In this document: positions 1-9,000 of the stretch, piece by piece
Layout of the letters: each line of letters starts with the position of its first letter
Numbering within the stretch: position 1 is the first letter of the stretch
DNA from: Phaeodactylibacter sp.
GTDB taxonomy: Bacteria > Bacteroidota > Bacteroidia > Chitinophagales > Saprospiraceae
Length of the DNA: 64,000 bases
Reading direction: 5' to 3'
NCBI RefSeq assembly: GCF_040219495.1
Contig: NZ_JAVJSK010000020.1
Span: 21,293-85,292, forward strand
Notes under the pieces: generated by a model
Told to the model about the DNA's origin: nothing
The model's database searches: none
What the model saw: only the letters and a program-made list of their open reading frames with translations
Made by a program: the position numbers and the translations under genes

Positions 1-150
1 AGCCTGTCGGGCCTCATTCTGTGCAAGTAGATGACAACCCCATAACATAGAAATAAGCAAAATCGGTAAGCATCGCATGGTGAAAGGTTTTTCAGTCTGA
101 AGCTAAAGAGGCGCTTTGCCAGTATAGTCTAAAGATAAGCGTTTACACGC

Positions 151-180
151 AAAAAGCCCCCGGGCTGATTACCCGGGAGC
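151..180 (-). terminator. Putative intrinsic terminator downstream of the 212..1195 lipoprotein gene
   Basis: The minus strand reads cccggg-taatcag-cccggg followed by ggcttttt. It lies about 30 nt past the stop codon. Confidence 0.5.
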
Positions 181-211
181 GAAGTTCAGGGATTATAAAT
201 ACAAGTCAAGT

Positions 212-1195
212 CTACGGCAGTGCGTCAATGGCGTCCACCAGGTTTTGCTCGGTACCGGTAGTCGTCTCGCCTATGGTGAAACTGTAAATATCGTTTTCGG
301 CAACTGTCACGCCCTTTATGGCATAGCGGTACTGACCTGCGTCCTCGGTGACAAAGATGACGTGCATTTCCAGCCCGACCGGAATCTGCCCGTAGTGCTC
401 GGAGAAGTAGCCGGTGGCGCTGTCGTAGGTATCGAGCTTGGCCAGGGTGTTCGGTTCTCCATCGTAAGACAGGTACACGGCGCTGTTATCGGCATCGTAG
501 CCATCGGGAACCGCTACCTGAAGAGTGGTTTTGGGGCGAGGGTCGTTGAAGAACCGGTCCACGTTGGTCCAGCCAAAGTCGCCGAAGGATATATAGTACT
601 GCGCCTGCTGCCCTTCGCCTTCCACGAATACGCGGTCGCCCTGCCCATCGGCATCTTCTTTTTCCTCTTCCCAGGCGATGTCGCCGTCCGCGTCAATCTG
701 CCCTTCCCAAAGGGTCATAGCCGGGTCTCCACCTCCTGTCAGGCTGGAAGGCACTCGCAGCATCATGGGGCAGCCAGGCGTCAACGCTTCACCGTTTTGA
801 GTGACCTCCACAAAGAATTCGCCACCGGAAACGAGGGGGGCAAGTGCTCCGGTTGCTGTAATACCCATGGTAGGCTTATTAGTGGCCAGCATATTGCCCC
901 GGCCATAGAGTTCGACAAAAGCCAGTTCTACGGTTCCGGTTGCCACACCGTCGCCATCGGTAAGGCAGCCGGGAGCGATATTGAGCTCTGCACCCCCTTC
1001 GGATAGGAAGTTAAGCCCGTCTTCGGCCTGGAAAGTTGCCGTTTGAGTGCGGGCCTGAATGGCTGCTTCCCGCAACTGATGGAAGTCTTCCGGATTAGGG
1101 CCAGCTACAGTGGCCGGTTCTTCTTTATCACAGCTGGAAAAAGTGATGGTGGCTGCAAAAGCAAGGATAGGGATGATTTGAAATAACGTTTTCAT
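212..1195 (-). CDS. Secreted lipoprotein, function unknown
   Basis: 327-aa ORF. The N-terminal signal peptide ends in a lipobox-like FSSC followed by DKEE. The opposite-strand ORFs are shadow frames. Confidence 0.8.
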   Translation of the reverse strand: MKTLFQIIPILAFAATITFSSCDKEEPATVAGPNPEDFHQLREAAIQARTQTATFQAEDGLNFLSEGGAELNIAPGCLTDGDGVATGTVELAFVELYGRGNMLATNKPTMGITATGALAPLVSGGEFFVEVTQNGEALTPGCPMMLRVPSSLTGGGDPAMTLWEGQIDADGDIAWEEEKEDADGQGDRVFVEGEGQQAQYYISFGDFGWTNVDRFFNDPRPKTTLQVAVPDGYDADNSAVYLSYDGEPNTLAKLDTYDSATGYFSEHYGQIPVGLEMHVIFVTEDAGQYRYAIKGVTVAENDIYSFTIGETTTGTEQNLVDAIDALP

Positions 1196-1342
1196 GACTT
1201 CTGATTTTTAATTGATTGTTGTCTGTTTTCATCCCCTTATCCGCACGTAAAGAAGAATCTTATGCCCTGAAATGTTAAGATTTTGTTAAGGAAAATGATT
1301 TCCCATTAGCTGAAAACCACTATCTTGTCAAAAAGCCCATTC

Positions 1343-1906
1343 ATGGCAGCCGCACAACCTTATCTAAAAGCATTACGGGAACGGGACGACCGGGGCATCC
1401 GGGAGATTTATGAGGCCTTTGCGCCCGCCGTTCGTCAGTGGGTGTGCAACAACAGCGGCACGCCCTCCGATGCTCAGGACCTTTTCCAGGAAGCGCTCAT
1501 GGCTATTTACGACCGGTACTGCCTGCGCGGAGCAGCCTTTCAGGGCTCCTTTGGGGGCTTGTTGATGACCATCTGCAAAAGACGGTGGTACGACCGGTTG
1601 TCCGGAAAAAAGCAGGACGAAGGCATAAGAAATGCGGAAGCCAGCCGATATGAAGATGAAGCCGAAGCGTGGGAAACTGCCGGAGCAACTATTCAGCAGC
1701 AGCAACGGCAGCAGCGGTTGGAGCAGGTGTTCCAATACCTGAGCGAGCAATGCCGCAGAGTGCTGACGCTGCTGATGACGGAAGGGCTGACTGTTGAGGA
1801 AACTGCTGAACACTTAGGGATCAGCTCGGCCAATACAGTCTACCAGAATAAGCACCGCTGTCTTTCCCGCTGGCGTCAGCTTTATTTTGAACAGTACAAC
1901 GATTAA
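1343..1906 (+). CDS. ECF-type sigma-70 family RNA polymerase sigma factor
   Basis: Region-2-like DLFQEALMAIYDRY and a region-4 HTH (LTVEETAEHLGISSANTVYQNKHRCLSRW). The ORF track starts at a TTG (1325); the first ATG is at 1343. Confidence 0.85.
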   Translation: MAAAQPYLKALRERDDRGIREIYEAFAPAVRQWVCNNSGTPSDAQDLFQEALMAIYDRYCLRGAAFQGSFGGLLMTICKRRWYDRLSGKKQDEGIRNAEASRYEDEAEAWETAGATIQQQQRQQRLEQVFQYLSEQCRRVLTLLMTEGLTVEETAEHLGISSANTVYQNKHRCLSRWRQLYFEQYND

Positions 1907-1909
1907 GCC

Positions 1910-2629
1910 ATGGAGGAGTCCAAACGCATAGATGAGTATTTGAGCGACCAGCTGAGTGCAGCAGATCAACAGGCTTTTGAAGAGGAACTGAACCGCGACC
2001 CGGAGCTCCGCAGGCAAGTGGACCTGCAGCGGGACATGGCTTTTCTCCTTAGCCACCAAAAGGACAGAGCTGCCCTCAAGGCCCAAATGGAACAAACCGG
2101 AGCGGATTTCTTTGCGGAAGCCCCTTCTTCCCGCCCGAAGGCCCGGATCCGATGGATAGGGTGGGCTGCTACCGCAGCAGCAGCGGCGATTCTGCTCTTC
2201 GTGCTTTGGCCCGTTTTTGTTCAGCCGGATTTATACCAACAGTACGCCGAGTTTCCGCCACTGGCCCTTTCCGAAAAGGGCACAGCTACCACGAATTGGG
2301 CCGCCACCGAGCAAACCTTCAACACCGGTGACTACACCGAAGCTGTTGAACAGCTGGAAGACTATCTGCAGGCTTTTCCTAATGATCAGCAAGCCCGTCT
2401 GTACCTCGGCATTTCCAGGATGGAGACCGGGCAACTGACCAATGCCCGTCTTTTGTTTGCCATCGTGGCCACCAAAGCCCCTGGCCTTTCAGATTATGCG
2501 CAGTGGTATACAGCACTGAGCTATTTGAAAGAAGGCGATAAGGAGGCGGCCCGCAGCGTACTGGAGCAGATCGAAGCGGGGACAACATTTTACGGGCAGG
2601 CACAGGAGGTTTTGGGAGCATTGGAGTAG
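1910..2629 (+). CDS. Putative anti-sigma factor / TPR membrane protein
   Basis: Starts 4 nt after the sigma gene stop. Has a central TM segment (WIGWAATAAAAAILLFVLWPVFV) and a TPR-like C-terminus. No zf-HC2 motif was seen. Confidence 0.65.
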   Translation: MEESKRIDEYLSDQLSAADQQAFEEELNRDPELRRQVDLQRDMAFLLSHQKDRAALKAQMEQTGADFFAEAPSSRPKARIRWIGWAATAAAAAILLFVLWPVFVQPDLYQQYAEFPPLALSEKGTATTNWAATEQTFNTGDYTEAVEQLEDYLQAFPNDQQARLYLGISRMETGQLTNARLLFAIVATKAPGLSDYAQWYTALSYLKEGDKEAARSVLEQIEAGTTFYGQAQEVLGALE

Positions 2630-2634
2630 CACGC

Positions 2635-3075
2635 CTACAGCTCCTCTCCCGGTACTTGCTGAGCAATAAAACTGAGGTAGCCTCTTTTCCCTCTTTCCTT
2701 ACGCCAAAAGCGGGCGGAGCGTTGCAGGTAAGTTAAAGCAGTGGCGTAAAGTATTTCCAGATACGGAATGGTTCTGCCTCCCAGGGTATATTGGTCATTT
2801 TGGAGCAAATGCTCATCTGCTCCAAACTCTTCACGGACAGCAAGTGCCAGGAGAATCGACTCAATCAGGGCCTGCTTGCGGGTAATCGTAGAATGAGGCT
2901 CCTCCAGCTCTGCACCTCCGGCGAGCTTTTTGAAAAATCGCTGCAGCTGTTCATAGACTACCTCGATGTCTTTATCTTCCAGCCTTGGGTGATCTTTATA
3001 GACCTTCAGCACGGCTTCTTCAATGCTAAACAGGCAGGGCTGCAGGAAATCGGGCGGCATGTGAGCATTAGGCAT
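2635..3075 (-). CDS. Hypothetical protein
   Basis: 146-aa ORF convergent with the anti-sigma gene. No recognisable motif. Confidence 0.55.
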   Translation of the reverse strand: MPNAHMPPDFLQPCLFSIEEAVLKVYKDHPRLEDKDIEVVYEQLQRFFKKLAGGAELEEPHSTITRKQALIESILLALAVREEFGADEHLLQNDQYTLGGRTIPYLEILYATALTYLQRSARFWRKERGKRGYLSFIAQQVPGEEL

Positions 3076-3160
3076 CGCTCTATATTTTTTTTACAAAGTT
3101 AAGGTTGATTTCTGCCATTTAATATCAATTTTTTGGTTTTATTTGGCTGTGAAGCGATTT

Positions 3161-3307
3161 AGAGCTTGTTGGGACTTTAGTAATCGGTCTGCTTATACTT
3201 CGTCCCGGAAATCCTTATTTAGCTCAGGCTAAACTCCGGCTTCCGCACCTCGTCTAACCAAAAAAATGCTCGTTTCAGACTAGAAGACCGAAATCCCAAC
3301 ACGCTCT
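3161..3307. repeat. MITE-like element, copy A (147 bp, about 18-bp terminal inverted repeats)
   Basis: Left end is agagcttgttgggacttt; right end is gaaatcccaacacgctct, its near reverse complement. The central hairpin tttagc-tcag-gctaaa and motifs such as acttcgt are shared with the copy at 20261..20421. Confidence 0.55.
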
Positions 3308-3348
3308 TAATCAACTTCATCGTTTTTCAAAAACAGACCCACTCCTAC

Positions 3349-6015
3349 ATGGAATTATTAAGGTATAACGAATTTTCTGCCAAAGGGATGAGCAGTAAAT
3401 TAAAAAAGGTGGAGCAGATGCTGCGCGCCGGCGACTTCAAATCGGCGGAGGTCAAAAAAATGAAGCACCTGGGCTACTTTCGGGCTAAACTCGACCGTGA
3501 GAACCGGCTGTTGTTCAAATTTGCGAAGCATCAGGGGGAGACCTATATCCTGCTTCTGGAGGTTATCCCTAACCACGAGTACGACAAATCCCGATTTCTG
3601 AGAGGCGCTTCTGTTAAAGAGAACCATTTTAGTGAGGTCGCGGGCCCGGGGGATGTCGAAGAGGATACCGTAGAGCCGATACGGTATATTAACCAAGCGA
3701 GCAAACGGTTCCATTTACTGGATAAGGTCATTTCTTTAGATCGCGATCAGGAAGAAATTTACAACCTGCCTGCTCCCCTCATTATCATCGGCTCGGCAGG
3801 CAGTGGCAAGACCGCGCTCACCCTGGAAAAGATGAAAGGCTATCCTGGTAACGTTGCCTATGTATCGCTCTCGCCTTACCTGGTGGAAAATGCGCAGCGC
3901 ATTTACGAATCATTCGGGTACGAGAACCAAAAGCAGGAAATTGACTTCCTCTCTTTCCGGGAATACCTGGAAGGGATACAAATCCCCGAAGGCAGGGAAC
4001 TGGATTACCGCAGCTTTGAACGTTGGTACGAGCGCGGGCCCCGGCAACGTTTTAAATTCAAGGAGCCTTACAAGCTTTTTGAAGAGTTTAAGGGCGTACT
4101 GACCGGCTCCGTTACGGATGCGCCTTACCTCAGCCGGAAGCGTTATGAGGAATTGGGCGTCAAGCAGTCTATTTTCCTGGGCAATGAGCGTGGTAAGGTT
4201 TACGACCTCTTTGAACGCTACCTGCGCTTCCTGAAAGAAAATGACTACTACGACAGCAACATGGTCGCTTACCAGTACATGGATCAGGTAGCCCCGAAGT
4301 ACGACTTCATCATTGTAGATGAGGTGCAGGATGTTACCAATATTCAGTTGCTGCTGATTTTGAAAGCGCTGAAGACGCCCGGCAACTTTTTGCTCAGCGG
4401 GGATGCCAATCAGATTGTGCACCCCAACTTTTTCTCCTGGTCAAAGATAAAAAGCTTGTTCTTCAATCAGGACCTGAAAGGCAGTGCGCTGCGCATTCTC
4501 AAAACCAACTACCGCAACTCCCGGCAGGTGACCAAGCTGTCCAACGACCTACTCAAGATCAAAAACGCCCGCTTTGGGTCTATTGACAAAGAGAGTACCT
4601 ACCTGATCAATACCGTGGCCGATACGGAAGGGAAGATTCACTTTTATCCAGACAGTGCCAAGGTACGCAAGGAGCTCAACAAACGTACGCAGGACTCCGC
4701 AAAATTTGCCGTACTGGTACTGGACAAGCTACAGAAAGCACAAGTCGCGAAGGATTTCAAAACACCCCTTGTGTTTACCATTCAGGAGGCCAAAGGGCTG
4801 GAGTACGAGAATATTATTCTGGTCAACTTTATCAGTGATCACGACAGCGAATTCCGCACCATCGCGAAAGGCGTAACCGAAGCGGACCTTTTAGACGAAA
4901 ATCTGCAGTACTCCCGTGCTAAGGACAAAACCAATAAAGACCAGGAAGCTTACAAATTCTACATCAATTCCCTATATGTGGCTTTCACCCGGGCTGTACA
5001 GAACGTACATATTGTAGAAACCAAAACCAAGAACGAACTGCTGCAGCTCCTCGGTGTGATGGAAACAGAAGAGGAAGTCAAGATTGAGCAGCAGGCCAGC
5101 GATGAGGAAGAATGGCTGGAAGAAGCCCGCCGTTTGGAGCTACAGGGCAAGTTTGAGCAGGCAGAAGCGATACGGGCCCGCCTGCGCGGGATTGAGTTTG
5201 TGGGGTCAGACGAAGCGGAGTTGTTGGAAGAGCGGATTTTCGACCCGGAAGTCAGCCATACTGATAAGGATGTGGAGCGCCTCTTTTTGTTTGCCCGCAC
5301 CCGGCACCGTATTGGGTTGGTACAGCGGCTGCACGAAGCGTTGAACTATGGGCCCGCCAAGCAATACCTGGGCGAATACAAGAAGGCGCAGCAGCAATTG
5401 GCGGGCCATGTCCGCAACAACAACCGGAAAAAAGCAGAGCGCCTCATCGGTAAATTCGGAGTGGATATCCCTGATGCTACAGAGGGCATGACCGGGCTGA
5501 TGATTGCTGCGCAATACGGCAAAATCGATATGCTATATTACTTCCTGGATCAGGATGCAGACCGCAACCGGCAAGACAACCTGGGGCGCACGGCTCTGCA
5601 GCATCTGATTTTGGGCTACGACCGTCGGCAGCTCAATAAGTTTTTGCTGGAAACCTGGTACCCTAAGCTTGCCCCCTCTGCCGGTCAGTGCCGCTATGAT
5701 GGCCGCTTGTACATCATCAACCACAAGAGTATGGCGTTCTTCCTCTACAATGTGCTCAACGCTATACGCCTTGATGTATTTGCGCCCAATGACCCTCTGC
5801 CCAGGCGCTGCCTGCTGATGGACGACTTCATGCAGTTTATTGAAGAAATGCCGCCGTCCCTGCTACCCGACTACCGCCGAAAGCGGCAGTATGTCAACAG
5901 TATCCTCTCTAAACATGAGGTGGACCGGGATGACCCGTATAACCGTAAGCTGTTCGTGCGGCGTAGCCGGGGCTGCTATGATGTGCTGCCGGGGGCGGAG
6001 GTGACGTGGGGGTAG
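3349..6015 (+). CDS. SF1 UvrD/Rep-like helicase with C-terminal ankyrin repeats and a RelE/ParE-like N-terminal module
   Basis: Walker A GSAGSGKT, motif II IIVDEVQD, GDANQ, NYRNS, QEAKGLEYENIILV and LYVAFTRA. Ankyrin-like GMTGLMIAAQYGKIDMLYYFLDQDADRNRQDNLGRTALQHL. Confidence 0.85.
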   Translation: MELLRYNEFSAKGMSSKLKKVEQMLRAGDFKSAEVKKMKHLGYFRAKLDRENRLLFKFAKHQGETYILLLEVIPNHEYDKSRFLRGASVKENHFSEVAGPGDVEEDTVEPIRYINQASKRFHLLDKVISLDRDQEEIYNLPAPLIIIGSAGSGKTALTLEKMKGYPGNVAYVSLSPYLVENAQRIYESFGYENQKQEIDFLSFREYLEGIQIPEGRELDYRSFERWYERGPRQRFKFKEPYKLFEEFKGVLTGSVTDAPYLSRKRYEELGVKQSIFLGNERGKVYDLFERYLRFLKENDYYDSNMVAYQYMDQVAPKYDFIIVDEVQDVTNIQLLLILKALKTPGNFLLSGDANQIVHPNFFSWSKIKSLFFNQDLKGSALRILKTNYRNSRQVTKLSNDLLKIKNARFGSIDKESTYLINTVADTEGKIHFYPDSAKVRKELNKRTQDSAKFAVLVLDKLQKAQVAKDFKTPLVFTIQEAKGLEYENIILVNFISDHDSEFRTIAKGVTEADLLDENLQYSRAKDKTNKDQEAYKFYINSLYVAFTRAVQNVHIVETKTKNELLQLLGVMETEEEVKIEQQASDEEEWLEEARRLELQGKFEQAEAIRARLRGIEFVGSDEAELLEERIFDPEVSHTDKDVERLFLFARTRHRIGLVQRLHEALNYGPAKQYLGEYKKAQQQLAGHVRNNNRKKAERLIGKFGVDIPDATEGMTGLMIAAQYGKIDMLYYFLDQDADRNRQDNLGRTALQHLILGYDRRQLNKFLLETWYPKLAPSAGQCRYDGRLYIINHKSMAFFLYNVLNAIRLDVFAPNDPLPRRCLLMDDFMQFIEEMPPSLLPDYRRKRQYVNSILSKHEVDRDDPYNRKLFVRRSRGCYDVLPGAEVTWG

Positions 6016-6027
6016 TAAAAATCCCCC

Positions 6028-9000
6028 TTACCGCACCAACGTCACATCACCTTGCCTTGTCCACACTCCGTCTGGCGTTTGTACCTCAATTTGATAGTAG
6101 TAGACCTCCGTAGGCTGCGGCTGCCCATTAGCAGTGCCGTCCCAGCCCTGAGCAGGATTTTCGTTGTCGTACACCTGCTGCCCCCAGCGGTTGAAAATGC
6201 GGAAGGCGGCCACCCGCGCTTCGGCATTGCCTACTACATTGAAGAAATCGTTTGTCCCATCGCCATTGGGTGTAAAGGTATTGGGCATAGCCAGCAGGAG
6301 TTCACCGCCCGGGACTTCTGCCTCGATCTCCGCCACACAGCCCCATTCGTCTTCAATACTGGCGTAGTAAAAGCCCGCCTGCAGGTTATTGCGCTCCGGA
6401 GTGGTGCTACCGTCTTCCCAGATCAGGGTGTGTGTACTGTCCGCCAGGATAAGAGACAGGCTTCCGTCTCCGTAGCCAAAGTCGGGCGCAGCCTCCACCT
6501 CGTACAGGGGCGGCGGGTAGTAATCCAGCATCAGGTAGACCGTGGAGTCGCAGCCGTTGGCATCGGTGAGCTGCAGGGTGTAGTCGCCCGCGGATTCAAA
6601 AGTCGCTCCGCCTATATCCAGCACTTCGCCCAGGCATAGGGTGCTATCGAAAAAGGACTCTGAAAGGGCTTCCACCGACAGCTGCAGCACCACCAGGGAA
6701 TCACAGCCGGCCTGGGATTGCAGTTCGGCTTCATAGGTGCCCGGTGTACTTACCTCCTGTCCGTTAAACAGATAGGACTCGCCCTCACAAATCACTTCGG
6801 CCAGCTCAGTTTCAAACTCCGGCAGCACAGTAAGCTCGAGCTCCACGATACTATCGCACCCTAAAGTGGTCTGATAATCGGCCAAATAAGTGCCGGGCTC
6901 GGTCAGGGGCTGCCCGTTGAAGAAGAGGGTATCGTTTTGGCAAATGGTGGATTGGAGGCTTTCAGAAACGGCAGGCAGCACACTCAGGTCGAGCGTAATG
7001 AGGCTGTCGCAGCCGTTGCTGGTGGTGAGGGGCTCTGTGTACAGGCCTGGCTCGGTTAGTACGGTACCGTAGAAGTCGTAGGTCTCGCCCTGGCAGATGG
7101 CGGCGCTTTCATCGGTGGACCAGGTAGGCCGCAGTTCCAGGTCCAGACATTCCACCCGGACGCAGGAACCAACCGTAGGCGTGGTATCGCAGTACAGCCC
7201 GGCGGCACTGACCCAGGCCCCAAAGATATTGATGCTGTCGCCCGTGCAGATGCTTTCGGTTTGCGTTGGCAGAATGGTATCGGTTTGGCTCTGCACAGTG
7301 AGCAGACGCTCTGCTTCACATTGAGCACTATCGGTGGCAGCAATCAGGAAGCTGCTTTCGCTAAATGGTACCGGGATGCTCACTTCCGCGCAGTTGCTGC
7401 CTGCGCAGATCACCTCTTCAGCCCCGGACCAATCATACTGCACCCCACCGGTAAGGTTTACGGAAAGGGTGTCGCCCAGGCAGGCTTGCAAAGTGTCCGG
7501 TACGCCCCCGATTTCAAAAGCCTCGAAGAAATCCACGGATACGGCAAGCAGCCGGGTGCAGGCCCCGTTATCGGCCTGCAGCTGAAAGGTATAATCCTCC
7601 TGCACTTCCACCACCGGGCTCAGACTGTAAATATCGCTCAGGCGGTCATCAGCATTGACCCAGTCGTAGGCCGTGCCGGGCTCCGCGCTGACCTGCAACT
7701 GCGCCGGCGGTCCAAAACAGAAGCTTTGTGCCGGATCGGCCTGCAGGGCCGGGGCAGGGAGCACCTCGACCATCACAGAATCCATACCCATGCACCCCAG
7801 ATTATCCGTAATGCTGACGGTGTATACCGCGGAGTTGTCAGGGGCGGCAAGAGCGGCCTGCTCATCGTCGATGACCAGATTCGGGCCCGACCAGGCGAAG
7901 GCCTCGCCCAAAGAAGCGATGAGCGAAGCCGTATCGCCCTGACAAATCGTGATGTTTTCAGAAAATATGAAGGGCTCCGGATTAACCGTAACCTCAAAGG
8001 GGTGGCTGATGGTGCAATTACCGACTGTCTCCTGCAATTCGAAGGTATAGAGTACCTGGTTACTAGTCGTTTCCGGTGGGAAGAAAACCGTTTGCGGGCA
8101 TTGGGTACAGCTCAACCCATCAGCATCTGACCATTGATAGGTATAGCCCGTCAGCGGGTCGACGCCCAGCTCAGCGGATTGGTCCCAGCACAGGCTGACG
8201 GTCGTGGGCTTGATGACCGGCACCCCTGAAATGGGGACCGTCAGCGTCTGACAGGCGCAGTTGGCCTCCGCTTCGAGGACCAGCAAGAGCCGGCACCAGT
8301 ATTGACGGGGCAGATTAGGAAGGAAGGCGCTCAACTGTGTGCTGCCGCCGGCCTGATCGATCCCGTTCAATGTCAGCATTTGCAGCATTGAATCCGGCAG
8401 GCTCAGTGCGCCATCCCCGTCGAGGTCGAGGTAAAGGGCCGCCTGAAGGGGCAGTCCGTTGGGGTCAGCGGTATTGGTAATGGTGGCCTCCAGCTGTAAG
8501 TCATTGGAGATGCTGGAAGGTGCCGTGGCAGAGATGTCGGTTATTTCATAGGCCGCCTTGTCCACCGAAAGCGGCAGGTTGGCATCACCCGTGACTACCT
8601 CGATCTCGCAGGGCTGTCCTTCGCTTACGCAAATGGCGGGCACCTTGGTGGTGGTGAAGTGGCTTAGGACGGGCACGGCGCATTCGATGCCCTCCTCCGC
8701 TACGATGCTGAAGGACAGCGTGACATCCGATGAAGGGCTGTTGATGGTCCACTTGAGCTGCCCGTCCTGAAAAGCAGGCTCCGGGTGGTCGGTATTGCCT
8801 GCTGTGGAGCCCGGCACATAGGCCATGCCCACCGGGAGGGTGACGTAGAGGTTGGCATCCGTATTGGCAGGGTACTGGAAAGTGGCATTCAGCGCCAGCG
8901 TATCCCCACAGTTGAGGCTGCCCGAGAAGTTGACGTTGAGATTGGAGGCATAGGGCGGCTCCACCCCTTCGATTTGGTAGCGCCCGGTGACCTTGGCTAC

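Noticed and set aside
245-1006. 253-aa plus-strand ORF opposite the lipoprotein gene
   Set aside because: It is a shadow frame. The minus-strand ORF has a canonical signal peptide and lipobox and a downstream terminator.
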